The notes under the pieces were generated by a model, which did not search any database, was not told the DNA's origin, and worked only from the letters and a program-made list of their open reading frames with translations. Below are positions 10,161 to 19,562 of a stretch of DNA of 64,000 nt, in pieces. Position 1 is the stretch's first letter; each line of letters starts with the position of its first letter. The stretch is taken from NCBI GenBank assembly GCA_963797095.1, contig CAWCNY010000003.1, positions 416,001 through 480,000 of the forward strand, in the 5' to 3' direction. The stretch is from an uncultured Chloroflexia bacterium. GTDB lineage: Bacteria > Chloroflexota > Chloroflexia > QHBQ01 > JADMIH01. A program made the position numbers and the translations under genes.

Positions 10161-12272
10161 TCATACTGCACCTCCATTGGCTGTTTGCGTGTAGAGTTTC
10201 TCGTGTCCGCGTTTGCGTTGCCATTTTGCCGGTAGGCTAGCCTCCGGCAGGTAGTAGAGCCACTCACCTTTGTCACTGCCTCGTTTGTCACTGCCTCGTT
10301 CGGCCCCCAACAATCCCCACCGCCGCCAGCACTTCACCGTGTCTGCGCATACATCCAGGCGCCCCGCTAGCTCCGCCTCGGTCAGTAACCCCCGTTCCCG
10401 TAACCGTTCGTAATGATCCTTCAATTGGTGGCTCCGCCGTAGCTTGCCGATCAGTGCTCCATGGAACCGTTTGCCGTCTCGCGAGTGCCAACCCCTAGCA
10501 TTTAGCTCAGACGCTACCTGCCCGTCCGTGTGATCCTCCAGCAAACGGTCGATCTCCTCTACCGTCCCTCGCTCGGTTGGTCGCATCTCCACTGCTGATT
10601 TAGGCTTGGTGATTTGCACTGTTGTCGTCCTCCCGCCTCGGAAGCGCACCTGCGCCACGATCTGCTCTCCTTTGAGTAACGTCACATCGCTAATCATCAA
10701 GCGCATCATCCGCTTTCGCTCCCGGTCCGGCGTGCGCTCATCATACCACAGCCGAGGCACGTCACGAGCCAGCCCCAGCACCGCCTCCCGTTGAGCCGTA
10801 CTTGGGATGTGCGCTGCCTGACGTTGTTGCTCGGCTTCCTCTTGTGCCTTGGCAAGCAGTCGTAGCTTGCTGTTCCACTCGGCTTCCAGCACGTCTGCTA
10901 CCAATCGGTTTTCCGGGTCCACCCGCAGGTACCGCCGCTGCGCCAACTCGGCCTCGTATCGTGCCCGCTCTACCTGCTGACGGCGCAGCCTATCAGCCTC
11001 TTCTGCCCTTGCCACTACCTCAGCTTGCACAGCCAGCGCCACCTCCAGCGCCTCGGGTGTAATTGCCGCCACCAGCAACTCCCCTATCGCCACATCAACT
11101 ACTCCGCCTGGTACTACCTGGCAAGCCGTCCGTCCCTGCTGGATCGTCCTGCTCTGGCAGACGTAGTCTGGCACCAACCGCCCTCTCCGCTGGTGGTAAC
11201 GCAGTGTCATTTGTTCTCCGCATCGTCCGCAGATTACCAGCCCTTGCAGTAATGCTGGACCTTCCCGCGCAAGACAACCAACTCGCTCGCTGGTATGCCC
11301 CTTGGTATGCGCTCGGGCGTTCTCGCTTAGCTGGCGTTGGTTACGCTCATACTCCTCCAGGCTAATGTAACCCTCATGTGCCTGCGGGTACAGCACCATC
11401 CACTGCTCACGAGGCAATATTCGTACGCGTACCCGCCCCTCGACCAGGGACGTACGGGTGCGACCGAACACAAACACCCCAGCATAGCGTGGGTTGTGCA
11501 ACAGGTGCAGCGCCGTGGAGTGCAGCAATGGCCCCCAGTACACCTCGCCGCGGTGAGGACCAGTGCGCACATGATGGGGGAAGTTCAGCCCCGCTTCGCG
11601 GAAGCTGCGCACCGTGCCGCTCGCCGAATCGGTGCGACGAAAGGTCTCAAACAAGAGCTGTACTGCCTGCTGCACCTGCTGATCCGGGTCGCGGATCACC
11701 TGTTCGTCCTCGCGGTAAGCAAAGCCAATTGGCAGCGGCAATTTCAGTGCCCCGCGCCGCGCTTTGTTAAGGATGCCACCCCGCAGCCGTGCCCGCAACA
11801 CATGCAGTTCGGCTTCACTCATGGCACCCTTCAGCCCGAGCAATAGCCTGTCGTTGAAGGCAGAGGGATCGTAGACGCCGTCCTCGTCCAGGATAAGGGT
11901 GTCGGTCAGAGCGCAAATCTCCAGCAAGCGGTGCCAGTCCGAGTTGTTGCGCGCCAGCCGTGAAACCTCCAACCCCAGCACGATGCCGACATGGCCCAAG
12001 CCGACTTCGGCGACAAGGGTCTGGAAACCGGCCCGGTCAGCAGCAGAAGCACCCGATTGACCCTGGTCGCCATCGATGACTACGATGCGCTCCAGTGGCC
12101 AGCCGAGAGCGACCGCCCGCTCACGCAAGGCGTATTGGCGTTTGGTGCTCTCGCTGTTCTCCAGCACCTGCCGAAGGGAACTCTGTCTGATGTACAGGTA
12201 GGCGGTGCGCTGCAGGTGCTGAGCGGTAACCTTGTCGTGGTCCGCGTGGTTCATCTGGTTCATCTGGTTCAT
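10161..12272 (-). CDS. Large serine recombinase
   Basis: YIRQSS catalytic Ser, DQGQSG, EVSRLARN, recombinase domain NPRYAG, zinc ribbon CGRC..YVC..C, coiled coil, C-terminal HTH. Confidence 0.95.
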   Translation of the reverse strand: MNQMNQMNHADHDKVTAQHLQRTAYLYIRQSSLRQVLENSESTKRQYALRERAVALGWPLERIVVIDGDQGQSGASAADRAGFQTLVAEVGLGHVGIVLGLEVSRLARNNSDWHRLLEICALTDTLILDEDGVYDPSAFNDRLLLGLKGAMSEAELHVLRARLRGGILNKARRGALKLPLPIGFAYREDEQVIRDPDQQVQQAVQLLFETFRRTDSASGTVRSFREAGLNFPHHVRTGPHRGEVYWGPLLHSTALHLLHNPRYAGVFVFGRTRTSLVEGRVRVRILPREQWMVLYPQAHEGYISLEEYERNQRQLSENARAHTKGHTSERVGCLAREGPALLQGLVICGRCGEQMTLRYHQRRGRLVPDYVCQSRTIQQGRTACQVVPGGVVDVAIGELLVAAITPEALEVALAVQAEVVARAEEADRLRRQQVERARYEAELAQRRYLRVDPENRLVADVLEAEWNSKLRLLAKAQEEAEQQRQAAHIPSTAQREAVLGLARDVPRLWYDERTPDRERKRMMRLMISDVTLLKGEQIVAQVRFRGGRTTTVQITKPKSAVEMRPTERGTVEEIDRLLEDHTDGQVASELNARGWHSRDGKRFHGALIGKLRRSHQLKDHYERLRERGLLTEAELAGRLDVCADTVKCWRRWGLLGAERGSDKRGSDKGEWLYYLPEASLPAKWQRKRGHEKLYTQTANGGAV

Positions 12273-12627
12273 CGTGCGACCTCCCGCTGTGCGTGTTGTG
12301 CATGTTGTGCATGTTGTGCGTGTTCGACCATAGTGTGGCCAATACGGTGATGAAGGTGCGAGCGTGCTCAGAGCTGGCTATGGTGGGTGTGGTGGGTGTG
12401 GTGGGTGTGGTGGGTGTGGTGGGTGTGGTGGGTGTGGTGGGGTTTGGCCCATTAGGCCCAAGGTCGGCCGGGGGTTGCTGCCGGGCTGCAAATGGCGGGT
12501 CCGCCCTGGACTGCAACCAGGCAGCTATGCCCCGCCTTAGCACCAAGGCCATTCCTACCGGGGCTCTGCTCGGGCGTGGCATAGCCAGAGCCCAATTGCG
12601 TAGCACCTCGTAGTCCGAAGTTGCCAA
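12121..12627 (-). CDS. Small LSR-associated protein, probably expressed as a -1 frameshift extension of the HTH gene
   Basis: DYEVLR..AL..GMALVLRRGIAAWL; weak TTG start; frame stays open back to the A7 run at 12708-12714; contains (PTT)n repeats. Confidence 0.55.
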   Translation of the reverse strand: MATSDYEVLRNWALAMPRPSRAPVGMALVLRRGIAAWLQSRADPPFAARQQPPADLGPNGPNPTTPTTPTTPTTPTTPTTPTIASSEHARTFITVLATLWSNTHNMHNMHNTHSGRSHDEPDEPDEPRGPRQGYRSAPAAHRLPVHQTEFPSAGAGEQREHQTPIRLA

Positions 12628-12701
12628 TGAAGTTGCCGATGAAGTTGCCGATGAAGTTGCTGACGACGCCAGGTTGGGCCTCGTCAGCGCGGCGGGGCCC
12701 G

Positions 12702-13172
12702 TCAGGCTTTTTTTCCGTGCCTGGCCAGAGCACGCTCGACGCTGCGCGGGTGCACCAGCAGGCCAAAACGTAGTTCGAGCAGTTCGACCAGGTCGGCTGT
12801 CCGCAGGCGTGGCTGCTGCTCCAGTTGTTCGAGCAGGAAACCGACGACCTTGGGAGTGAGCTTGTGAGCGGAGCGGGGCCCTGGTCGAGCGGGCAACAGT
12901 CCTGAGAGGCCGCCAGTTTTCCAGGCAGCCTGGGCAGCGTAGAATGAGGGACGTGAGAAGCCGAAGGCGGCTGCGGTGGAACTGACAGGTTGGCCTTCGA
13001 CCAGTACCCGGCGCAGCATCTCGTACTTGACTTGCAGCAGATCGCGGGGGTCGAAGAAAGGGTCGCCCTGGGTGAAGGCAGGATCGAGTACAGCCTCGGG
13101 ATGGGGATTGAGGGTTCGGGTGGTGTGCAGAGCAGCGACCTTGGGGTCGAGATCGGGCAAGTGCAACTCCAA
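12702..13172 (-). CDS. Helix-turn-helix protein (Y4bC-like)
   Basis: FFDPRDLLQVKYEMLR, FGFSRPSFY, GL.GL.P.RPGP..AHKL, HPRSVERAL. Confidence 0.85.
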   Translation of the reverse strand: MELHLPDLDPKVAALHTTRTLNPHPEAVLDPAFTQGDPFFDPRDLLQVKYEMLRRVLVEGQPVSSTAAAFGFSRPSFYAAQAAWKTGGLSGLLPARPGPRSAHKLTPKVVGFLLEQLEQQPRLRTADLVELLELRFGLLVHPRSVERALARHGKKA

Positions 13173-13226
13173 CTACACTAATTACACCCGTTGCGGCAGC
13201 TAGGATAGCTGAGGTAAGGTAAGGCG

Positions 13227-13255
13227 ATTATGCCACCATATGAGTGCATAGTCAA
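13227..13255 (-). promoter_or_regulatory. Sigma70-like promoter for HTH-ORF2-LSR
   Basis: TTGACT-N17-CATAAT on the minus strand. Confidence 0.65.
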
Positions 13256-13398
13256 GACCTGAGTGGCAAATCTGAGCGAGAGAATGGCCAGTCTGGAAGT
13301 CACAATTGGGACAACTACGGCGTAATCCGCTTGACAGAGACTGCATAATCCGCCTAACACTCCTAACACTACTTATGAGAAAGGCTGGTGGGATCGGT

Positions 13399-13697
13399 CT
13401 ACCCACGGAGCACCTCACAGAGTAACACCAATTGCAGGAGATCCTCAAAGCGGAAGAGGGCACGGCCGGCGGCAATAGCGACGAAAGGATCAGGCGACGC
13501 TAGACTGGTCCACTCGAGTGGTAGGGAGCGGACTTGGGAGTCCAGAGGGTCCGCAAAGAAGCAGACACGCCAATGGCCCCAGTTATGACGGATACTAAAG
13601 ACCTCGAAGCGCCGTCCAAACCAAGGGCGGAAGGGGTGGATTACTTCGAAGAACTGTGGACCGTCAGCCTCACCGGGTGTAGTTGACGGCTTAGAAT
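13399..13697 (-). CDS. DUF5372 (Y4bD/Y4pK)-like ORF with no start codon in the integrated state
   Basis: Hand translation: [99 protein letters not shown]; not in the ORF track; family assigned from recalled motifs. Confidence 0.8.
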
Positions 13698-13970
13698 AAT
13701 GCTTTCTGTGAGAGATTCCTGGGGAGCGTCCGCCGCGAGTGCCTGGACCATGTGCTGATTCTTGGCGAGAAGCACCTATACCGAGTGGTCAGAGAATACG
13801 TCCAGTACTACAACTCGGCGCGCCCGCACCAAGGCATTGCCCAAGCTATCCCGAAAGTGGCACGATCACCTGTGCAAGAAGGTCAATCGGGTGCTGATGG
13901 TGTTGCTGCTAAGATAATCAGCTTTCCTGTTTTGGGTGGCTTGCATCACGATTACCGAAGGGCGGTCTGA
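13698..13970 (+). pseudogene. rve transposase, 3' part
   Basis: [35 protein letters not shown]. Confidence 0.88.
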
Positions 13971-14136
13971 GCGCGCATGAGCATGGTGGCCACAACGACC
14001 AGCGGAAGGCATCTATATCCAGATCCAGCACACTCCGTTCTGATGCTTCTGGTCTTGCGGTCCTATTGCCATGCGCTCCCAAAAGCCCTACAATGACAGT
14101 GCAGCTTCTCAACTGCACATACAAGAGAGAAATACT

Positions 14137-14469
14137 ATGGCTACTACATCCCCAACATCCCCAACATTCCCAATCGACATCGGAACGTTGATAACCAGGT
14201 CACCCGGATTGCGTGGTGGACGCCCGTGTATCGCGGGTAGAGGCGTATCGGTGATGCGCATCGCAGGCTGGTATAAGCAGGGCTGGATCCCCGAGGAGAT
14301 AGCACGGAGGCTGGAACTGACACTCGCTCAGGTCCATGCTGCGCTGGCTTACTACCACGCTAACCAGGAGGAAATCGAAACTGATCTAGCGACTGAAGCT
14401 GTTGAGTACGATAGGTTGGAGCAGAAGCAGAAGCAGGGGCAAGAGCAGAACCACGCAAACGAAGGGTAA
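14137..14469 (+). CDS. DUF433 family antitoxin
   Basis: PGLRGGRPCIAGRGVSV, LTLAQVHAALAYY. Confidence 0.85.
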   Translation: MATTSPTSPTFPIDIGTLITRSPGLRGGRPCIAGRGVSVMRIAGWYKQGWIPEEIARRLELTLAQVHAALAYYHANQEEIETDLATEAVEYDRLEQKQKQGQEQNHANEG

Positions 14470-14471
14470 GT

Positions 14472-14831
14472 ATGAAGCTCGCCCTCTATATAGATGAAGA
14501 TGCCATGGACACCGATCTGGTGCAAGCTCTTCGAGTACGAGGCATTGACGTTACTACGCCAAAGGAGTCAAAGGCAGAGGGCTGGACTGACGAGCAACAG
14601 CTGGAGCTTGCCACCAGTCAACACCGCGCACTATACAGCTTCAACGTCAAGGACTACATCCCTCTACACTCCCGCTTTCTTGAAGAGGGTAAGTCGCATG
14701 CGGGGATTATATTGGCAGAACAGCGCCAGTATTCGATAGGCGAGCAGTTACGCCAACTCCTGACGCTAGTTTCTACCAAGTCCGCTGAGGAGATGCGAGA
14801 TCAGGTGGTGTTTCTGAGTTCTTTGCATTAG
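14472..14831 (+). CDS. DUF5615 PIN-like toxin
   Basis: LYIDED, G.DV, DEQQL..A, FNVKDY, HAGII; 2 nt after the DUF433 gene. Confidence 0.85.
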   Translation: MKLALYIDEDAMDTDLVQALRVRGIDVTTPKESKAEGWTDEQQLELATSQHRALYSFNVKDYIPLHSRFLEEGKSHAGIILAEQRQYSIGEQLRQLLTLVSTKSAEEMRDQVVFLSSLH

Positions 14832-14910
14832 CGCGGTTGGGCACTCCATTACCCAATCGGCGCCCAGAGACGGCCCTTGAAAGCCACAGATGATCAAAGT
14901 AGCCAGGACA

Positions 14911-15024
14911 GGCCGCAGCAAGAGAAGCGCGTGACATAGGAGCCTGGTCACACAACGTATTGAGAATTATGGAAAGATTGATCTCACGAACGAGTGCCTG
15001 GTCGCCTGTCCTGGCTCGCATCAT
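14911..15024 (-). pseudogene. ROK/XylR family repressor, N-terminal fragment
   Basis: TGDQALVREINLSIILNTL...PMSRASLA, cut at the element end at 14910. Confidence 0.75.
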
Positions 15025-15065
15025 GTGGTTACTACCCTCGACAATTAAAAGGTCCGAACCAGTCC

Positions 15066-15132
15066 CGAATTAGTTTGTTGCAGCAACAAACTAATTCGAA
15101 CAGAGTTTACTACAGGCAACAGAGGCTGTCAA
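15066..15132 (-). promoter_or_regulatory. XylR-type operator plus sigma70 promoter
   Basis: Perfect 16-bp arms CGAATTAGTTTGTTGC-A-GCAACAAACTAATTCG (15066-15098); TTGACA-N17-TAAACT on the minus strand (15132-15104). Confidence 0.75.
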
Positions 15133-15331
15133 TACAACTCCCTCATGGGAAGTGGCGGACATCACAGAGAGCGCATAGAATGGTGCAACTGAAGAGAAAC
15201 AGGAGCCGAAACGCCTGCTTCGTGGGTGAATAAGGTAGTCGGGTGAGTAGCCGTAGCCGTTCCGAACAACAAAGGTGACAAGCGACTTTTCAGATGCCGG
15301 GCCAACTTGACTTTGCAAGGAGATGTAATCG

Positions 15332-17368
15332 ATGGCGAACAGCAACCGGGCCACTGCAGCCACGCTCGATGCTCTGATTGGGGGAGAAACCGGGGCGATT
15401 TTCGATGTGATCAGTGGTGCCCCGGGGCCCGCCGGTACGCTGCCCCTGACCGAGTTTATGTTGCTGGACTCTCCCAGCGGTGACGTGTTCGCTCTCAGCC
15501 AGAACGCCGGCATGGGCTGGGACCCGTCGGAGCTGAACCACGAACAGGTGCTGATCCTGAGCACACAAGGCGGCATCCGCGCGCCGGATGGCACGCCAAT
15601 CGCGCTGGGCTATCATACAGGTCACTGGGAGGTGGGGTTGCTTATGCAGGCGGCGGCCGAGGAATTGCGCGGTCATGAGGCTATACCCTTTGCCGCGTAC
15701 TGCACCGACCCGTGCGATGGCCGCACGCAAGGCACCACAGGGATGCTCGACAGCCTGCCGTACCGCAACGATGCAGCGCAGGTGTTCCGCAGGCTGATCC
15801 GCTCTCTGCCGACCCGCGACGCGGTAATAGGCGTGGCGACCTGCGACAAAGGGCTGCCGGCAATGTTGATGGCGCTGGCAGGCATGCCGAACTTACCGTG
15901 CGTGCTGGTGCCGGGTGGGGTCACGCTGCCGCCCGAACAGGGCGAGGATGCGGGCAAGATCCAGTCTATAGGAGCCCGGTTCGCCCACGGAGAGATCACG
16001 CTGCAGGAGGCTGCGTTGCTGGGTTGTCGTGCTTGCGCGTCGCCGGGCGGCGGGTGCCAGTTCCTGGGCACCGCTGCTACCTCGCAGGTAGTGGCCGAGG
16101 CATTGGGGCTCGCGCTGCCGCACAGCGCGCTCGCCCCGTCAGGCCAGCCGATCTGGCTCGAATTGGGGCGAGCGGCTGCACGGGCGGCGCTGCAGCTGCG
16201 CGAGAGAAAGCTTACGACCCGCGATATTCTGACCGGCAAATCGATCCACAACGCAATGATGGTCCACGCGGCCTTCGGAGGCTCGACCAACCTTCTGCTG
16301 CACATCCCGGCGATAGCCCACGCCGCGGGGCTGCCACGACCAACGATAGACGATTGGACAGCAATCAATCGCCAGGTGCCGAGGCTGGTGGACGTGCTGC
16401 CTAACGGGCCGTCGAATCACCCCACGGTGCGGGTGTTTATGGCGGGCGGCGTGCCTGAGGTGATGCTTCATCTTCGCCGGCTGGGGCTAGTGCATACGGA
16501 TGTGTTCACCGTCACGGGGGAGCGTCTTGGGACCGTGCTCGACTGGTGGGAAGGCAGCGAACGGCGGTTCAGGTTGCGGGCGTTGCTACGCGAGCGCGAC
16601 GGGGTCGACCCCGACTCCGTAATCATGAGTCCTGAGAGGGCGCGCGAAAAAGGACTGACAGGCACGATGAGCCTTGTAAGGGGCAACCTTGCTCCTGAGG
16701 GTGCCGTGATCAAGAGCACATCGATCGACCCACGCGTGGTGGATGCCAACGGCGTTTATCGCAAGCTGGGGCGAGCGCGTGTCTTTACGCGCGAGCGCGA
16801 GGCAATAAAGGCGATCAAGAGCCGTAATGAAGATAGGGTCCTGCCTGGTGAGATTGTGGTGCTGATCTGTGGGGGTCCGCTCGGCACAGGTATGGAGGAG
16901 ATTTACCAGGTGACTTCGGCCCTCAGGCACCTGCGCTGGGGGCACGAGGTGGCTGTGCTGACCGATGCACGCTTCTCCGGCGTGAGTACAGGGGCATGTA
17001 TCGGACACATCGGCCCGGAGGCCCTGGCGGGAGGGCCGATCGGGCGTGTGCAAGATGGCGACCTGATCCGGATCGTCATCGACAGGAACAGTCTCACCGG
17101 CAGCGTGGACCTGGTTGGAGAAGGCGATGCAGTGTTCGACCCGGAGTGGGGCATAGTCGAGCTGGCTCGCCGCGGCCCTCGACCCGACCTGGCACCGCAC
17201 CCGGAACTGCCCGCAGATACCCGGCTGTGGGCAGTTCTGCAACAGGCGAGCGGTGGCGTCTGGGGTGGTTGCGTGTACGATGCTGAGGCGATAGCCTCTG
17301 TCATGGCGCGTGGTATGCGATATGCAGATCGGCAAGGGAGCAGCGAGGTGGAGGAGGTACAACCTTGA
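15332..17368 (+). CDS. YjhG/YagF family D-xylonate dehydratase (IlvD/Edd superfamily)
   Basis: [49 protein letters not shown]. Confidence 0.9.
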   Translation: MANSNRATAATLDALIGGETGAIFDVISGAPGPAGTLPLTEFMLLDSPSGDVFALSQNAGMGWDPSELNHEQVLILSTQGGIRAPDGTPIALGYHTGHWEVGLLMQAAAEELRGHEAIPFAAYCTDPCDGRTQGTTGMLDSLPYRNDAAQVFRRLIRSLPTRDAVIGVATCDKGLPAMLMALAGMPNLPCVLVPGGVTLPPEQGEDAGKIQSIGARFAHGEITLQEAALLGCRACASPGGGCQFLGTAATSQVVAEALGLALPHSALAPSGQPIWLELGRAAARAALQLRERKLTTRDILTGKSIHNAMMVHAAFGGSTNLLLHIPAIAHAAGLPRPTIDDWTAINRQVPRLVDVLPNGPSNHPTVRVFMAGGVPEVMLHLRRLGLVHTDVFTVTGERLGTVLDWWEGSERRFRLRALLRERDGVDPDSVIMSPERAREKGLTGTMSLVRGNLAPEGAVIKSTSIDPRVVDANGVYRKLGRARVFTREREAIKAIKSRNEDRVLPGEIVVLICGGPLGTGMEEIYQVTSALRHLRWGHEVAVLTDARFSGVSTGACIGHIGPEALAGGPIGRVQDGDLIRIVIDRNSLTGSVDLVGEGDAVFDPEWGIVELARRGPRPDLAPHPELPADTRLWAVLQQASGGVWGGCVYDAEAIASVMARGMRYADRQGSSEVEEVQP

Positions 17369-17437
17369 CTCAGGCATGCTCCCCGGCCCGATATATTGCA
17401 GATGAAAAAGGAAGGGAAGAGTTGCCAAATCTCATCA

Positions 17438-17788
17438 GTGATGACTCCGCATGGCGTAGACGCCAGCAGCTTCTACGGTATTGCACCGATGCATACTCAT
17501 CTATATGCAACTAAGGTTTGTACAAGTATGATACTTGATACATTTTACGCCATACAAGATTTCGGTACGGCAACCCTCTATGTATCCTATTATCAATGTA
17601 CGCCTACTGCCCTCTTGCGAGGGAGTAGTAGCAGGTGGTGCTTCCAACCTCCCTGTTACACACATTATAGCATATAAAGAGAACTTATGTGCTACGTTTC
17701 TCGCAAATGCATGCACATATACGCATTTACGCATTACGCATTCATCCACAGCCCATAAATGGGCGTGGCTTTCTGCTTACGTACTGTA
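17438..17788 (-). mobile_element. Non-coding IS200/IS605-derived cassette, divergent copy 1
   Basis: Same terminal hairpins as the copies at 33702 and 62144; right end ...GGAGTCATCAC on the minus strand. Confidence 0.75.
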
Positions 17789-18104
17789 GCCTTAACAAAC
17801 CTCCAACGTCGGAGCGCAATAGCGGGTCATGTGTCGAGGATAAAAGGCGAGATTGTAGATAAGTCCCACCCAGGCCCGAGTATGAAGCCAGGGTTGCGCG
17901 CATCCGTAGATTACTCCGGCAGGCTTTTTGCTGTTATTGGCTGGGTGCTTTGGGTTATTCAGGCATTCCCCAGGGAGCGCCTGAAAATTCGCTTTCCACC
18001 TGTGTTATGGCTACGTGCGTTATCCGTGCCTATAGACTGGGCAAACATCTTCCAATAAGTGCCCATCAAGAGCCGTGACTGCGACTGGCATAACCTGCAT
18101 TTCC

Positions 18105-18150
18105 TTGACAATCCTTTCTCCCTGAGCTATCATCTAGACAGACTAGACAG
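18105..18150 (+). promoter_or_regulatory. TA operon promoter with CTAGACAG direct repeats
   Basis: TTGACA-N17-TATCAT followed by CTAGACAGACTAGACAG. Confidence 0.6.
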
Positions 18151-18171
18151 CACACTGAAGGAGGAGTTATT

Positions 18172-18426
18172 ATGGTACGCAACTGGCAGCTTCAAGAGGC
18201 TAAAAACCGGTTCAGCCAAGTCATCGATGAGGCCCTGAAGGACGGACCGCAAGTTATTACCCGGCGCGGCGTTGAGACCGCGGTTGTTCTGTCGTTTGCA
18301 GATTATCGGAAGATGCTTCTTGGCCGCAAAAGGCTGTCCGAGTTCTTCCGGGATTCCCCCCTCGCTGGCCTTGATCTCGATCTGAGGCGCGATACCAGCC
18401 CCGCACGTGACGGGGTTGCCTTGTGA
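18172..18426 (+). CDS. Phd/YefM antitoxin
   Basis: WQLQEAKNRFSQVI..A..GPQVITRRG; AAGGAGGAG RBS. Confidence 0.9.
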   Translation: MVRNWQLQEAKNRFSQVIDEALKDGPQVITRRGVETAVVLSFADYRKMLLGRKRLSEFFRDSPLAGLDLDLRRDTSPARDGVAL

Positions 18427-18427
18427 A

Positions 18428-18847
18428 GTGAAATACCTTCTTGATACCAACGTCATCTCGGAGCTTATTACCAGACAACCGAACCAGCAAGTAGTCCGGT
18501 GGATCGATACCTTGGACACGAACAGTGTCTACCTCAGCGTTATCACTATAGGTGAACTCCGCAAAGGTATTGAGAAGTTGGCGGACTCGCCGCGCAAGGA
18601 TACCCTTAGTGCCTGGCTCACTGACGATCTGCTAGTTCGCTTTAGTGGTCGAGTGTTGCCTGTGGATGTAGATGTGATGCTGACTTGGGGCGAACTAACA
18701 GGGAGGTTGGAACGCGCCGGTCGGCCGCTCCCAGCTATCAACTCATTTATCTCTGCTCTCGCGATTCATCACAGATGTAGCTTGGTGACGCGCAACGAAG
18801 ACGACTTCAAGGATACAGGTGTAACAGTCCTCAATCCATGGAAGTGA
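18428..18847 (+). CDS. vapC: VapC PIN toxin
   Basis: YLLDTNVISE, SVITIGEL..G, LVTRNEDDF; the third acidic position reads N (AINSFISA). Confidence 0.9.
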   Translation: MKYLLDTNVISELITRQPNQQVVRWIDTLDTNSVYLSVITIGELRKGIEKLADSPRKDTLSAWLTDDLLVRFSGRVLPVDVDVMLTWGELTGRLERAGRPLPAINSFISALAIHHRCSLVTRNEDDFKDTGVTVLNPWK

Positions 18848-19387
18848 CGGCGGCGCATGACCGTCTGAACCTGTGCTTTGTATGGTCGACCGGTCGATTT
18901 GTGTTCGCGCACCAGGTCACGCAGCTTCTGCTCGCCGACGATCGGATAGACGACATCACGCACGAGTTCATCCGGGTGCTCAAGGGACACCTCAGCTATC
19001 TGGTAGAGCAAACCGGTCTTGCCTGCGACACGCTTGAAGTCTTCCAGGAGGATCTTGTCGACACGCTGCTCGGCGGTGACACCAATCTTATGTACGAGAC
19101 CAATGAGCAGGTCAATCAGGCTGTCGGTTATCTCGTGGCTTCGCAGCGGGCAGAAAGCTGCAACCAGGGTTACCCGTATGGGGCGGGAATGGCGCCTCAC
19201 CTCTCGGACCGACTCGCTTGCTACTCGATCTCGATAGCGCTGCAACAGTCGGGGCGAGACTCCAGCGAAGAGGTCGGGCAGCAAGCTGGCCGTGATCTGT
19301 CTCAAACGCTGCAATTTGGCGATCTCTCGCAGCATACTGTCCAGCCCAATACGTCCAGGATCAGCCTTGAGGTCCAGGAATGTTACC
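18848..19387 (-). pseudogene. Tn3 family transposase internal fragment
   Basis: LKADPGRIGLDSMLREIAKL, ITDSLIDLLIGLVHKI, VRDVVYPIVGE..L. Confidence 0.75.
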
Positions 19388-19543
19388 TGTCCAGCAGTTC
19401 GTGCAGTTGATGCCGTTTGAGCCGTTCGTTGCTCATCGGACATAGCCAGACTTGGCCCGTTGCTAAGATTCCGACGGAATAGTACAACGCCCCAGATAAC
19501 TGCTCTGTTGTGACGCCCCATGGTGCCAGATAACTACCGGACA
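19388..19543. mobile_element. Possible 156-bp mini-element or pair of transposon ends
   Basis: TGTCCAGCAGTT versus (reverse complement) TGTCCGGTAGTT; CCAGATAACT occurs twice; abuts the Tn3 fragment; no TSD. Confidence 0.35.
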
Positions 19544-19562
19544 ACGGGGATCCGGCCTCATC

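Larger units (their letters stand above)
10151..13699 (-). mobile_element. Large serine recombinase element, 3549 bp including one copy of the AA core
   Basis: Removing it restores GCG AAT GCT TTC (RAPRA-NAFCERF); AA at 10149-10150 and 13698-13699; symmetric arms at both ends. Confidence 0.92.
9088..14910 (+). mobile_element. rve-integrase (IS481/IS3-like) element carrying a TA pair and a nested LSR element
   Basis: Ends TGTGATGGCTACTAT and (reverse complement) TGTCCTGGCTACTTT; both neighbours are truncated exactly at these ends. Confidence 0.7.

Noticed and set aside
10151-13699. Prophage or conjugative element
   Set aside because: Only 3.5 kb, with no structural, replication or transfer genes
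15235-15320. Riboswitch upstream of the dehydratase
   Set aside because: No aptamer consensus that I can recognise; an Rfam scan would settle it
18769-19521. Intact 250-aa gene or active Tn3 transposon
   Set aside because: Only 18848-19387 resembles a Tn3 transposase; no catalytic region, resolvase or GGGG-type ends seen
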